Assembly (NCBI GenBank): GCA_937775205.1
Contig: CALKBX010000016.1
Location: 50,992 to 114,991, forward strand
From: an uncultured Verrucomicrobiae bacterium
GTDB lineage: Bacteria > Verrucomicrobiota > Verrucomicrobiia > Limisphaerales > UBA1100
Length of the DNA stretch: 64,000 nt
Reading direction: 5' to 3'
Shown here: positions 9,520 through 20,814 of the stretch, one piece after another
Position numbering within the stretch: the stretch's first letter is position 1
Layout: each line of letters starts with the position of its first letter
Position numbers and translations under genes: made by a program
The notes under the pieces: generated by a model
The model's database searches: none
What the model was told of the DNA's origin: nothing
What the model saw: only the letters and a program-made list of their open reading frames with translations

Positions 9520-12500
9520 TCAATCCTCGTCCCCGCCGGGGATGAGCCACCGCAGAAAGCCCAATGGATTCACGACCATATCCTCTTCCTTATTGAGCAG
9601 CGGGATGGGCAGTTTACGAAATAATCCGCCTGGCAATCCCGTCAATTTCCTGCCCGCCATCAATGACAAACCAAATTCGTTTGGCTTAAAGCTCACATCG
9701 TCCAATGGGCCGCTAATTGAAAGGCAATGCGGGGTTTTTATAAATTTTTCCTTTGGGAAAACAATCGGGATCAGGCTGTATTTATTTGCTAAATCCTTGG
9801 CGAACTCGATGGTCAGTTTTTCGTTGATGAGCGATTTACCCCACTTTTCAGCAAGTTGAAAATCGCCCCGAATATTTGCCTGAACGAGTGGCCCCGCCAC
9901 AGTGAAATCGTGGTGGATGATTCCGTTTTTCACGGAAACCAGCAAGTGCCCATAATCCAAATGGCTGGTCCCCAATTCCTTGTCCCCTAATAATGATGCG
10001 ATATTCCCCAGGGCAGACGACAAACCATCCATCGGTAATGACAGGCCCGGGATAAAGTTAACGATGCTGTTCACAGTAGATGGGATGAGATTGGGTTTGG
10101 GCATTTTGCCATCGCGAAAAAATGCCCAATGCGCTTTGGTGGTCGTAAAAGAAGCTCGGCCGTCATCGATTCCGCGCAGCAAAAAACTTTTTTGAAATTC
10201 AGGCCCATTCAATGCATTGGCGGCCACTTGGAATCTAGCATCGAGCAGCCCGTAATTATGCGTGCGTTTTATTTTGAAGTAGTCGTTCAATTGATTCAGC
10301 GGAAGCTGTTCACAGGAAATATTCATCGCGTAGCGCGTGCGGTTGCCCTGCGGCACATACCAGCCTTCGGCCATGACGGGTGCGCCAAAAAGATGCATTT
10401 GCAACGGTTTCAAATGCACCTCGCGACCGTCGCGGACAATGGTGCCCAGCACATTCGTGGCGGTGAGGCCAAACCAGTGCATCTGTTTCACGTCAAAATC
10501 CCACTGGAAATTGTGAAACACCGAGCGCGACACCGCAGGCGCAATGGGTGCAGTCGGGGCAGCGGCGGGTTTGGCACGGCGAAATTGTACAAACATTTTT
10601 TCCAGCGCCGTGATGTCGAGCGACTTGGATGTAACTTTCAAATGACCCGCCGGATCTGCAGGCCGAGAGAAATCCAAAGTGCCCGCCAGATTGAAATTGG
10701 ATTGCCCGCTGAATGCATTGGTGGCCGTTAAACTCGCAGAGCATTCGTTCAGATGATAAATGTGATTGGTCACGCCGCCTTTCAGATTCAGGAACAAGGC
10801 GCGGGCGGGGGCGCGTTCGGGATCGCTCATCAACCGCACACGATCCGCCTGAAGAATAGTTTCCACGTGGCCGCCGCCGCTTTCATCAAGGCGTACGGAA
10901 CCTTTGAGCATTTTAAGGCGAATGGATCGAAAGTCCGGGCCACCGAGCAAATCAGACAGAGGAGCGAGGGCGAGCTGATCCAAGTTGCGGCAGTCCCATT
11001 CCAAATTGCCCTGCCTTCGGAAGGGATTGAAATCGCCTTTCACACTGAAGTCGCCGCTGTGTTTGTTGTTGATGAAAATGAAGCCGCGAGTGCCGTGGGA
11101 TACAATCCGCCATTCGTCCGTGCCGGGCACGGGTTGGCGGGCCAGGTCGAGCGTGGCGGTGGCGGTGAGAATTTTGTCGGGCCATTGTTTGCTCGGATCG
11201 TCCATCCGCACGCCGGCGAGTTCCACATCGCCTTTCAAATGAAAACCGCCTTGGCCGTCACTGGAAATTTCCAGCCGAGCGGGATGCTGCAGCACGCCCT
11301 GCGTGAATTTGCGCGGGGCGAGTTTTTTGCCGAGCAGCGGCTGCAGCAGTTGGTGATTGATGAATCCTTTTTCCTTTGCCGCCGGCGGTTGAAACACCAC
11401 GCGCCAGCGATTGGTGGTCGGCCAGTGTTGGCCGCTGAAACGTAAACGGGCGGCGGTTTTGTCGGGCAACATTAATTTCAGATTAGCATCGCGCACGGTG
11501 TTCACGGGCTGGCCGCCCTTGGGAATTGTCCTGGAAAAATCAAGGAACAGCTCGGCGTTGATGGGTGCCTTGGGCCAGTTAAAATCCCGCGCCTCGGCGC
11601 GCAGTCCGCTGGCGTGGATGAGGCCGCGCCAAGTGCCGCCGCCTTGGCCGTCGAGTTTCAGCTCGGTTTTGCCGGGCCATTTGAGCTTGCCGCCGGTCCA
11701 TTTAATGGGCCCGTCAACCCCGGCCAACCACGGCGCGAGCAGGCGGTGATCCAGCTCGGCGCCTTCCAGCGTGAAGACCGCCGCACCGGTTTGCGGATGC
11801 CAACCGCCGGTGATTTGCAGCTCGCCATCAAGCACATCGCCGCGCGGAAATTCCACACGTAATCCGGCCACCGAAACCGGCCAACGCGCCGCGCGTCCTT
11901 TGTCCACCGTGATTTTCCCGCTGGCGGTGAAGGTCACCGGCACAGGCCAATCGAGCTGGCGGGCGTCGGTGAAGGTTGCCTTGCCGTTCACTTGACTTTG
12001 TTGGCCGGGAAAATGTTTCACCGAAACCGTGGCGGCGAGCACGCCGTTGGTGAAATGTGTGAGGCCGGTCTGGGCGGCGAATGGGCCGAGCTTAAAATTT
12101 TTCAACACGACAGACGAAAGATCAATCGCGCCCGAACGCAAATCCCATTTGCCCTTGGCGGTGAGATACGGGGCAATTTCACGACCGCGCAAGGAGACGC
12201 GAGCGCCCAGGCCGGTGATGGCCAGGCGATGGCCTTTTTCAAGGCGCAGATCGACATTAGCGTGCGTGAAAAGATTGGTGATCCCAAGTTGCCCTATTTT
12301 GGTATTGAATTGGTCCAATCGCAGCTGGCCCTTTGCCGTTTGGAATTGCGGCGCGCGCAGGCCCGCCGTCATTGTGCCGTTGAAATCCAATGCGCCGCTC
12401 AGGGTCTCGGGGGCCCGGTCAAACCACGGGCGCATTTGGGCCAAGTCCGCCAACACCGCGGTGCGGCCGCTTACGGTGCGTTCCTGCAAATCACATTTCA

Positions 12501-14085
12501 TATCGCCGCCGGTGGCGGTGAGCACGGGGGCATTGGAGTGGCCAAGCCGCAATGAATATTTTGCGAGCGTCAACTGGCGAAAGTTTTGCAGCACCCCGTC
12601 CGCGCGCAAGCTGGCGGGCAGAGCGCGGGGAACCGCTTCCTCCAACCGCAAGTCAACGCCTTCGGCCGCGAACGCAAAGCCGATGCGACGGCCGGCTTCC
12701 TGAAAATGAATCCTGAATCCGGCGGATACATGGCCCGCCACGGCGCGTTCCCCCAGCCACGGACGCCAGTCGGCGAGGTTAATATCTTTCGCGGTGAGGG
12801 TAAAAAACGATTCACCCACGGGCGCGCCGCGTTGGCTCCAGTCAAACTGCATCGGCTGATCCAGCTCGCCGGCGAGCAGAGGCCGGCCTTGGTGGGTCGC
12901 GCTTACCTTCAGAGTATTAAGCCGCGCGGTGCGGGCGGGGGTGTCGATGGCGAAAGCATATTCAGCCGTGCCAATTTCCAGCGGCGGCGTGGTGGCTCCG
13001 CCGGAGCTGAGGTGAAAAGGCGCCGCCCGCATTGCGCCGCGCACTTCCAGCGTTTTGCCAAAAGCCGCCACGCGCACGCGGTTGGTGGAGTGCAGCACGG
13101 TGGAATGGAAATCAAGCCCCACCGGACGGCCAAGAAAATTCAGTACGCGCTGATCCACCCGGTGCAGCGCCACGGTGAGCTCCGCCCCGCCCGTGCCGGG
13201 CTGCAATGTGCCGCTCGCCTCCAGCTTGCCCAACGCGTCGCCCGCGTGCGTGAAGCGCAGGACGAAGCGCCGCAACTCATCCGCGGATGCCTCGGCGTCC
13301 AATTCCGCTTTCAGCCCCGAGGCAAAGGCAAACTGTCCCGCGCCCGTGCCCACTTGCAATTGCCCCTTGCCTTCCACCCGCGTGGGCAGTAGGCGGTCAT
13401 CGAGTTGGTGACTGAACCGCAGGCGAAAATCACCTTCCAATCCTTGGGCGGCTTCTTGCAGCAGTTTTAGCGAATAACCCGCGCGACCTTGCACGGTAAT
13501 TTCTCCGGACAGTCCGGCGGCAATTTCACTTGTGGAAAGGGTGAGGCCGGACAAATGCGCGGTCTCCGTGGTGCCGCTTTGATGATCGCGCCGATACTCC
13601 ACGCGCGCGTCTTTGATTAAAATTTTCCCAATGCGAATGAGTTCACCCTCGCTGTCCGACTTGGGGCGCTCGAGCAAGGGGGCGTAATTGGGATTGCCGT
13701 TGCGATCGATGTGAAGAAACAGCTCCGGTTTGTCGCACGCAATTTCCCCAAACTCCATGCGGCCCGCGAGCAAATCGCGCCATTGATAATTCACCTCCAC
13801 GCGAGCCGACTTTAATAGTGGCCGTTCGCCGGTGGCGTGGAGGGTGACGCCTTCGAGCCGTAGTTGGCTGCTGGGCGACCACTCGGCATTTTCAAAATCC
13901 ACCGTGGCATTGAGCGCGTGGTTCATCTTGGGCAGCAGCACCGCGCGCAAGAACCAATTGCTGGTCACCATCGCCCAGCCCAGCAGCAACACCACCGCCA
14001 GCGTGCCCGTGCCCCAAAGCAAACGCCGCCGCCAACGGCTCGGCTTGCGCGGGGAGGACACCTTTTTTTTGGGAAAACTCTCCAT
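9520..14085 (-). CDS. AsmA/TamB-like giant envelope protein
   Basis: About 1520 aa. An N-terminal signal anchor (RRRLLWGTGTLAVVLLLGW) is followed by a long repetitive beta-rich region. Start taken at MESFPKK; the ORF is open up to 14148. Confidence 0.6.
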   Translation of the reverse strand: MESFPKKKVSSPRKPSRWRRRLLWGTGTLAVVLLLGWAMVTSNWFLRAVLLPKMNHALNATVDFENAEWSPSSQLRLEGVTLHATGERPLLKSARVEVNYQWRDLLAGRMEFGEIACDKPELFLHIDRNGNPNYAPLLERPKSDSEGELIRIGKILIKDARVEYRRDHQSGTTETAHLSGLTLSTSEIAAGLSGEITVQGRAGYSLKLLQEAAQGLEGDFRLRFSHQLDDRLLPTRVEGKGQLQVGTGAGQFAFASGLKAELDAEASADELRRFVLRFTHAGDALGKLEASGTLQPGTGGAELTVALHRVDQRVLNFLGRPVGLDFHSTVLHSTNRVRVAAFGKTLEVRGAMRAAPFHLSSGGATTPPLEIGTAEYAFAIDTPARTARLNTLKVSATHQGRPLLAGELDQPMQFDWSQRGAPVGESFFTLTAKDINLADWRPWLGERAVAGHVSAGFRIHFQEAGRRIGFAFAAEGVDLRLEEAVPRALPASLRADGVLQNFRQLTLAKYSLRLGHSNAPVLTATGGDMKCDLQERTVSGRTAVLADLAQMRPWFDRAPETLSGALDFNGTMTAGLRAPQFQTAKGQLRLDQFNTKIGQLGITNLFTHANVDLRLEKGHRLAITGLGARVSLRGREIAPYLTAKGKWDLRSGAIDLSSVVLKNFKLGPFAAQTGLTHFTNGVLAATVSVKHFPGQQSQVNGKATFTDARQLDWPVPVTFTASGKITVDKGRAARWPVSVAGLRVEFPRGDVLDGELQITGGWHPQTGAAVFTLEGAELDHRLLAPWLAGVDGPIKWTGGKLKWPGKTELKLDGQGGGTWRGLIHASGLRAEARDFNWPKAPINAELFLDFSRTIPKGGQPVNTVRDANLKLMLPDKTAARLRFSGQHWPTTNRWRVVFQPPAAKEKGFINHQLLQPLLGKKLAPRKFTQGVLQHPARLEISSDGQGGFHLKGDVELAGVRMDDPSKQWPDKILTATATLDLARQPVPGTDEWRIVSHGTRGFIFINNKHSGDFSVKGDFNPFRRQGNLEWDCRNLDQLALAPLSDLLGGPDFRSIRLKMLKGSVRLDESGGGHVETILQADRVRLMSDPERAPARALFLNLKGGVTNHIYHLNECSASLTATNAFSGQSNFNLAGTLDFSRPADPAGHLKVTSKSLDITALEKMFVQFRRAKPAAAPTAPIAPAVSRSVFHNFQWDFDVKQMHWFGLTATNVLGTIVRDGREVHLKPLQMHLFGAPVMAEGWYVPQGNRTRYAMNISCEQLPLNQLNDYFKIKRTHNYGLLDARFQVAANALNGPEFQKSFLLRGIDDGRASFTTTKAHWAFFRDGKMPKPNLIPSTVNSIVNFIPGLSLPMDGLSSALGNIASLLGDKELGTSHLDYGHLLVSVKNGIIHHDFTVAGPLVQANIRGDFQLAEKWGKSLINEKLTIEFAKDLANKYSLIPIVFPKEKFIKTPHCLSISGPLDDVSFKPNEFGLSLMAGRKLTGLPGGLFRKLPIPLLNKEEDMVVNPLGFLRWLIPGGDED

Positions 14086-14205
14086 TGGGTTGCCGGTTAA
14101 AACCGAGGGACGAAAGTAACAGAGGGAGGAGGAAGTTCCAATGACCAATGACCTTCGGTTCTATTCTCGACTTTCAGTTGCCCTCCGTTCGGGGCACAGT
14201 GCGGC

Positions 14206-14932
14206 GTGTTGATATCCGTTGCCATTCCTGCGTTTAACGAGGAGAAACTTTTGGGCGAAACTTTGGCGGCGGTGGACGCTGCCGGCGCGGCCTTTCGCAC
14301 TCGAGGATGGAAAATGGAGGTGATGGTTTGTGATAATAATTCCACCGACCGCACCGCCGCCATCGCGGAGGCCGCCGGGGCGCGGGTGGTGTTTGAAGCG
14401 GAAAACCAAATCTCCCGCTCGCGGAATGCGGCGGGGAACGCGGCGCGGGGGGATTGGATTATTTTCCTCGATGCGGATTCCACGCCGTGCGAAGGGCTCT
14501 TTGCCGCCACGGCGGATTTGATGGAAACGGAAAGCACCCTCGGCGGCGGCGTGGTGATTCGGATGGAATCGATGCCGTGGTGGGCGGCGATTGGGCTTGG
14601 GATTTGGAATTTGATCAGCCGCGTGTTTCGGTGGCCGGCGGGCTCGTATATTTTTTGCCGCGCGGAAGCGTTTCGGGAGTTGGAAGGCTTCAGCCCCAAA
14701 CTTTATGCGGCGGAGGAAATTGAGTTCGACCACCGCCTCAAACGGCTGGCGCGCCAACGGCAGCAGCGAGATTCACATCATCCGCCGTCCGCCGCTGCTT
14801 TCCTCGAACCGCCGGATGGTGATGTATTCACCCTTCCGGCTGTTGTGGTTCATGCTCGTCTCCACCTTCACAGCGGGCTTCAACCTCCGCCGGCGCGCAA
14901 CGTGCAACTGGTGGTACGATGGCCAGCGCTAA
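14206..14932 (+). pseudogene. Family 2 glycosyltransferase with a +1 frameshift near 14750-14770
   Basis: The N-terminal part is a clean GT2 (ISVAIPAFNEE...DNNSTD...FLDADS). After KRLARQR the frame-1 text degenerates, while frame 2 continues with IHIIRRPPLLSSNRRMVMYSP...CNWWYDGQR. Confidence 0.65.
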
Positions 14933-15079
14933 GCGCCCATGGTTTAGCGACGCGGCCGCTTCAGGAGTTCTTCCAAATTCCGTTCACGCGTGGGTTGAGG
15001 CAGTGAATTTGCCTCCGGCTTGTCCAGGTCGATCCCTGTCCGTTGGAGCAGAACCTTCTTCTTCCGCTCGCGAATCTCT

Positions 15080-16951
15080 TCAAGGTCTACTCCGGTATTT
15101 ATTGCTGAGGAAGCGTTCGGAAAATTGCGCCGCCTCGAAGCCGGGTTTGTTGCTCACCTCACTCAAAGCTTTGGCATAAGCCGCCTCGGGCGTGGCCAGC
15201 ACGGTGGGGCGCATCATCATGATTAACTCACTGCGCTCATTCACATCCACCGTGCGCCGGAAAAGAGCCCCCAACAACGGGAAGTCGCCCAATACCGGCA
15301 CTTTGCTTTCGGTCGCGGTGACTTTGGTTTTGATAAACCCGCCGAGCACCACCATCTCGCCATCGCGCACGTTGACCTTGGCGTTGGCCGAACGATCGGT
15401 GGTGATGGGCACCGCATTGCCGTCAATGACTTGCGAGCCAACGATGTCCTGAACTTGCTGGTTGATCTCCATGGACACCACGCCTTCGTCGTTAATGAAC
15501 GGCAAAACTTCAAGCGTAATGCCGATTTTTTGCATTTGATATTGCGAACTGGTGCCGCCGTTGATATCACGAATGGAGCCAGTAACCACCGGACGCGTGT
15601 CGCCAATGAACAGCTCGGCCTGCGAGGCATGCGTGGTTTGGATGCGCGGGGTGGAAAGAATTTGAACGCGCGTATCATTATTGATCGCTTCGATGGCCAC
15701 TTCCCATTTCAAGCCGAAGGTGTTCCACCACTGAAACCCGGAGTTGGCCCCGCTAACCGAGTTTTCGGCAAACGCAGCCGGGCCCATCGCGGAAGCCAAT
15801 GCGGAAGAAAACTTACTCCTTCCATCACCGACAATCCCCTGTTGTTGCTGACGAATCGACACTCCGAAAGTGGAGTCATCGCCGAGGGCCACATCCATGA
15901 TGATGGCCTCGATGAGCACCTGCGGTTGCACGCGGTCCAGTTTTTCAATGAGCGCCTTGGCCTGCAGCACCTGGGCGGGGTTGCCCACGATGATGACTTC
16001 ATTTCCGCGTTCCCATGAGATGATGGAAGTTTCGCCAAGAATGGCCGCGCCCGTGCCGCTAACGGCCGCGCCCTGAACAACCTGCGAAAGGCGTTGTTGT
16101 AATCCTCCCCGCGAACTGCTGCCCGTGCCGTGTCTGTGCGATAGCCGGCTGGAGGCTTGAGTCGAATCTGTTGCTGCCAGTGCGGCTAGTGGTGCCGCCA
16201 CGACTGGTAGTGCCAGTACTGCCAGGACGCGTGTTGGCGGTGGGGCGTTGAGATGTAGGTCCACTAGCTGTGTACGACCTAATCACTTGCGCGATATCCG
16301 CCGAGAGGGCGTACTTGATTTTCACCACGGCGATTTCCTGATCATTGATTTCCTCCACATCAATATACTCCAACATGGCCAACATGCGCGCGCACGTTGT
16401 TGGAAAAATCGCGGAGCACCAACTTGTTCCGGTGCCCTCAATGGCCGTGACGGATTGAGGCGACTTGGCGAGACGCCACGAGCAGCTCCACTGTGTCGCA
16501 GGCCTTCAAATGTTTGAGCGTATGCACGTAGTGTATGTACACATCGCCTTCGGGCAATTCATCCGTGCGCAGCACGGTGATGGCCGGGGGACTTTTCACT
16601 ACCTCAGCGGAGGGTAGCGCCTGCACCACCTTGGCATTCATCGGCACGATGGCGATCCCGCGCGTGGACATGAGCGTCTCATAAAAGGTGATGGCCTCGC
16701 GCTGGGTGAAGTCGTTCTTGGTGCGGAAGGAAAAAGTCACCTTCGGCAGGTTTTGCGCCGTGATGATGGTTTTGCCACTCAGATCGCTGTACATTTCCAG
16801 CAAAGGCTTCGAGATCGATACCCTGCATCACCTCCCCTTTGGGCACAACGATGGGTTCCGCCTCGGGTGGCTGTGGCGCGGGCGGCGCTTGCTGCGCGCG
16901 AGCTGAGCCGATGAGTGCCAGCAACGCGATGAGTGTGATGGTGTTTTTCAT
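15080..16951 (-). pseudogene. gspD: Secretin (GspD/PilQ family) broken by at least five frameshifts
   Basis: The signal peptide (MKNTITLIALLALIGSARA), N0-like region (LEMYSDLSGKTIITAQNLPKVTF), N1 region (NKLVLRDFSNNV / RMLAMLEYIDVEE..IKYA) and secretin core (STPRIQTTHASQAELFIGD...VPVLGDFPLLGALFR) lie in different frames. Confidence 0.8.
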
Positions 16952-17002
16952 AATTTTGGTCTTTCGTTGGCTAGGTTGAGTTGGGTTGTAAAATTGAGCG
17001 CG

Positions 17003-17584
17003 CTATTTCTTTTTCTTCTTGGGTTTTTTTTTGCCGTATTCGGGGTTGTGGTAGCTGGCAATAAATGACATTTGAACGCGCACGCGTTGGCGATCTCCGG
17101 AGGGGCTGATTTTGTAGTCGCTCACCCGGATCATGGAATCTTTCTTGTCGGCCACCGCCTGCAAAAACTCTACGAGATTGATTAGGCTAGTTTCAAACGT
17201 GGCATTGCGTTTGTGCTCAATAAACGGGTTGTTGTTGCGGCTGGATGAGCGAACCGAATCCAAGCTGATGCCCAAAATGCCGATTCGCTCCGCCTCGTCG
17301 CGAAGGGTCTCGATGACCTTGGTGGCCTGTTCGCTGCCACTGGCCATGCTGGCTTTGGGGTTCAGCTCGTCCACCATTTGTTCTAATTCCCGATGAGTCA
17401 TCTGGGTCATTTCCTCACGCTGCAATTCTGCATCGTGGTTTTCCAGTTGAGTGCGCAGGGCAAATAGTTCCGGCCCAATCCAAAGCCACGCCAAGTTTCC
17501 AACCACCAAGATGCACATCAGAAAAATAATCACCGCCCGGCGCTCCTCTGCTCTCACGCTTAACATATTCAGGATTGCGATCAT
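17003..17584 (-). CDS. GspM/PilO-like bitopic assembly protein (intact)
   Basis: A single TM helix (AVIIFLMCILVVGNLAWLWIG), a coiled coil, then a small alpha/beta C-domain and a poly-Lys tail. The ATGA overlaps the upstream gene. The call rests on position between the GspL-like gene and the secretin. Confidence 0.45.
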   Translation of the reverse strand: MIAILNMLSVRAEERRAVIIFLMCILVVGNLAWLWIGPELFALRTQLENHDAELQREEMTQMTHRELEQMVDELNPKASMASGSEQATKVIETLRDEAERIGILGISLDSVRSSSRNNNPFIEHKRNATFETSLINLVEFLQAVADKKDSMIRVSDYKISPSGDRQRVRVQMSFIASYHNPEYGKKKPKKKKK

Positions 17585-19067
17585 TTCAGCTGGATGTTGG
17601 GGCGCAAGGTGCAAACAATCGTCCAGCGCCCGGGCCCTTCGACGCCGGCCGCGCCGGCTCGCGTATTGGATGTGTTGACCGCGTAAAACAGCTTGCGTTG
17701 CTTCCTGGAAACTGGATCGGCCACCATAATTCTCGCGAGATTGTTGCGATAGACGTCCACTTGTTTGCCCTTCCCGGATCCCATCTGGCCGTTGAGTGTG
17801 ATATTGCTCCCTTCGCCGCGAACCTCCACTGAGTTAATGTAGCTCAATGTCAGTTCTTCGGGCATTTGCTCGGCCACTTCCTTGAGCACCTGCAGGGCGG
17901 TCTTGCGGCTGCTGCGCTGTAGCACCAATAGCTTGTGTTTTTCTTTAAGCAGTTCGACCTCCTCCTCCATCGCCTTCATTTTTTTCAATTGCTGAAATTT
18001 GGCCTCTTCCTTCGTGGCGGTTTGCGAGTTCAAAACGAAATAGCCGACCAGCAACATCACGTAAAGCGCCAGTGCCCACGAGAGAATGCCCCCGAGCACG
18101 CGGTCCACATCCTGACGATGATAGCCTGCCCGGCGTTCGGGCGGCATGAGGTTGCCCTGCTCCAGCGGACGCGTGGCGCGCGTGGCACAGGCCGCCGCCA
18201 AGGCACTGGCATCGGGCGGAGCTTGCACCTGCATCCCTTGCCCGGCCCATTCATTGAGGATCGGCAACCATTGTTCGCCCTGTTCCGAGGCGATGACCAG
18301 ATGCCAGTGCGTGCTGCCGGTGAGCCAGCCTTCCATCTCGCCAGCCCAGATGGTGGCGGTGAGTTGCTCGGTGAGTTCATTGAGATGTTCGGCCGAGGAT
18401 AAGAATAATCTGGGTGATGTTTTGCAACACGCCCTCATCCCACCACGCGACGGTGCACACTACGCGTTCCTCGAGAAAGCGCGGGAAAATCCACGCGCCG
18501 TCGGGCCGTTCGCCGCCCTGTGGCGTGGCCATCACCTGATGCATTACCGCCGCCTCAAGGCGGTCAGGGAAATAACCGGTCTTTTCCAACTCGCCCACGC
18601 ATTCCTCCACCACGGCGCGCTCGGCGAGCATCACCACCACCGTTTGCTGCTCGCGATCCGCGCGATGCGCGGGGACCACCTCGAAGGACCACACCGCGCG
18701 CCCCAGAGGGCAGCGGTGAAATTTTTTCCAACTGCATCTCCACCATGCCCGGCAACTCGCGCGCGTCGCACAAAGGCAAATGCAGCACGCGGAAAAATAC
18801 CTTGTCCGCCGGCAACCACGCATCATTTTGACAATGCGCGCGCCACATTTGGCTGGCATCGCGATCGAGGTGCTTGGGCGGAATTTTTTCGCCCAGATCC
18901 GCTTCGCGCACGTCCACCAGCTTCATTTGGTTTTTGCTGCCGTCAAACCGCCAGAACTGCTGCCGGCCCGAGGAACAATCCACCACATTACACGCCGCGG
19001 GCAACGCCTCAGCGGGCTGCGGCTTGGCTTTGCGCTTGGGCTTCGGTTTGTCTTTGGAATCGGCCAC
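17581..19067 (-). pseudogene. GspL-like / fused PilM-PilN-like protein with two frameshifts (about 18707 and about 18400)
   Basis: Three ORF pieces join as ..MVEMQLEKISPL|PLGRAVWSFEVVP.. and ..WWDEGVLQNITQIILI|LSSAEHLNELTEQ... A TM helix and a PilN-like C-domain (LQVLKEVAEQMPEELTLSYINSVEV) follow. The GTG start overlaps the gspE stop by 1 nt. Confidence 0.6.
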
Positions 19068-20814
19068 TAAAAATTCTCCTGCGGTTCATTGCCGGCATCG
19101 GGCGCTTGCGTCACGCGCAACACTTCTTCAATGGAGGTCTTCCCCGCCAGCGCCTGGCCCCAGCCATATTCGCGCAGGGAAACCATCCCCTCCGCCCGCG
19201 CCTGCGTGCCGATGACGGACGCCGCCGCGCGGTCAATCACCAGCTCCTGCAGAGCCTCGCTGTTGGAAAGCAGTTCGTAAATCCCCGTACGCCCCTGATA
19301 CCCCCGCTCGCCGCACGCATCGCACCCGGTGCCATGCCAAAACTTTGCCTGCGAAATTTGCGTGGGCGGAAAATCCACCTTCAACAGGTAGTCCTTGGAC
19401 ACCTGCTGCTCCACCCGGCACTCCGGGCACAAGGTGCGCACCAGCCGCTGGGCCATGATCGCCTCGATGGCGTCCGCCACAAGGAACGGTTCAGTGCCCA
19501 TGTCAATCAGCCGCGTGAACGCGCTCGGGGCGTCGTTGGTGTGCAGGGTGCTGAAAACGAGGTGGCCGGTATTGGCCGCTTGGATGGCGATCTCGGCCGT
19601 CTCGCCATCGCGAATCTCACCCACCATGATCACATCCGGATCCTGCCGCAAAAAATGCCGCAGCACGTGCGCGAAGGTCCGGCCAATGTCGTTCTTCACT
19701 GACACCTGATTGATGCCTTTCATCTCGTACTCCACCGGATCCTCCACCGTCATGATGCGTTTATCGATGGAGTTGATGGTGTTGAGAAAGGAATAGAACG
19801 AGGTGGATTTACCCGAACCGGTCGGCCCGGTGACCAGCATGATGCCGTGCGGCTTGGTGATGACTTTGCGAATGTCTTTCTCCAAGCCCGCGGTCATGCC
19901 CAAGCTGTCCATCCCCTTGAGCACACTGCCGCGCGTGAGCAGCCGCAGCGAAACGCTCTCGCCATACACCGTGGGCACGGTGGAAACACGAATATCAATC
20001 TCCTCGCCCTTGATGCGCACGTTGATGCGGCCGTCCTGCGGCATACGTTTCTCGGCGATGTTCATGCCGCTCATCACCTTGATGCGCGAGATCAGCGCGG
20101 CCTGCAGTTTCTTCAGCTGCGGCGGCAACGGCATCTGATGCAGAATGCCGTCAATGCGATGGCGGATTTGCAGCTCATCCTCGTGCGGCTCAAAGTGAAT
20201 ATCCGTCGCCCGGCTCTTATGACGCCAGCCAAATAACTTGGTTGACAAATTTAATGATGCTCGCTTCCTGATCGCCCTCGGCGATTTCCTTCTCATCACC
20301 AAACATCAACTCCAAATCATCCTCACTCCTCCGCCTCGTCCTGCGCCAGCTCGTCAATCGTTTCCGCGCCCACGCCGTAATATTTTTCGTAGCTCTTTTC
20401 GATTTCCTCGGACGAAGACAACACAAACCGCACCGGCCCCTTCGCGGCAAAGCGGACGGCATTGAGCAATTCCGTGTTGAACGGATCGGACACCGCCACC
20501 ATCAGCACGCCCTCCTCCACGCTGATGGGCACCACGCGATGCTGTGAGGCGATCTTGGAGGAAATGCGGCGGCGCGCCTCGGCGGTGGGTTTCACGTCGC
20601 CCAGATCAATGCGCTGCCAGTCGAAAGCCTCGGCCACGCGAGAGAGAAAATCGGCCTCGGTCTTGCCGCTGCGTTGGCACAGAAAACCCGGCAAGGCGCC
20701 CACCTCCCCGTCACCGGCACGCTCCGCCCGCCAGTCCGACTGCCATTGGTCAAACTGATCCGGCTCCGCCAATTGCGCGGCGACACAAAAATCCCTGAAT
20801 GAAGTATATGCCAT
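19067..20814 (-). pseudogene. gspE: GspE/PilB-family secretion ATPase with two frameshifts (about 20325 and about 20228)
   Basis: The T2SE_N-like N-domain (frame a), the linker SEDDLELMFGDEKEIAEGDQEASIIKFVNQVI (frame b), and RATDIHFEPHEDELQIRHRIDG...GPTGSGKST...Cys-cluster CPECR...CDACG (frame c) are consecutive pieces of one ATPase. Confidence 0.8.

Noticed and set aside
14933-15082. Open minus-strand frame after the secretin stop (..VDLEEIRERKKKVLLQRTGIDLDKPEANSLPQPTRERNLEELLKRPRR)
   Set aside because: It could be a further frameshifted secretin tail. But it has no start codon and no recognisable motif, and it is short and low-complexity, so support is insufficient.
18146-19702. 518-aa plus-strand ORF
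   Set aside because: It is antisense to the gspL-like and gspE genes, with a low-complexity Arg/Ala/Pro-rich translation. It is a shadow ORF.
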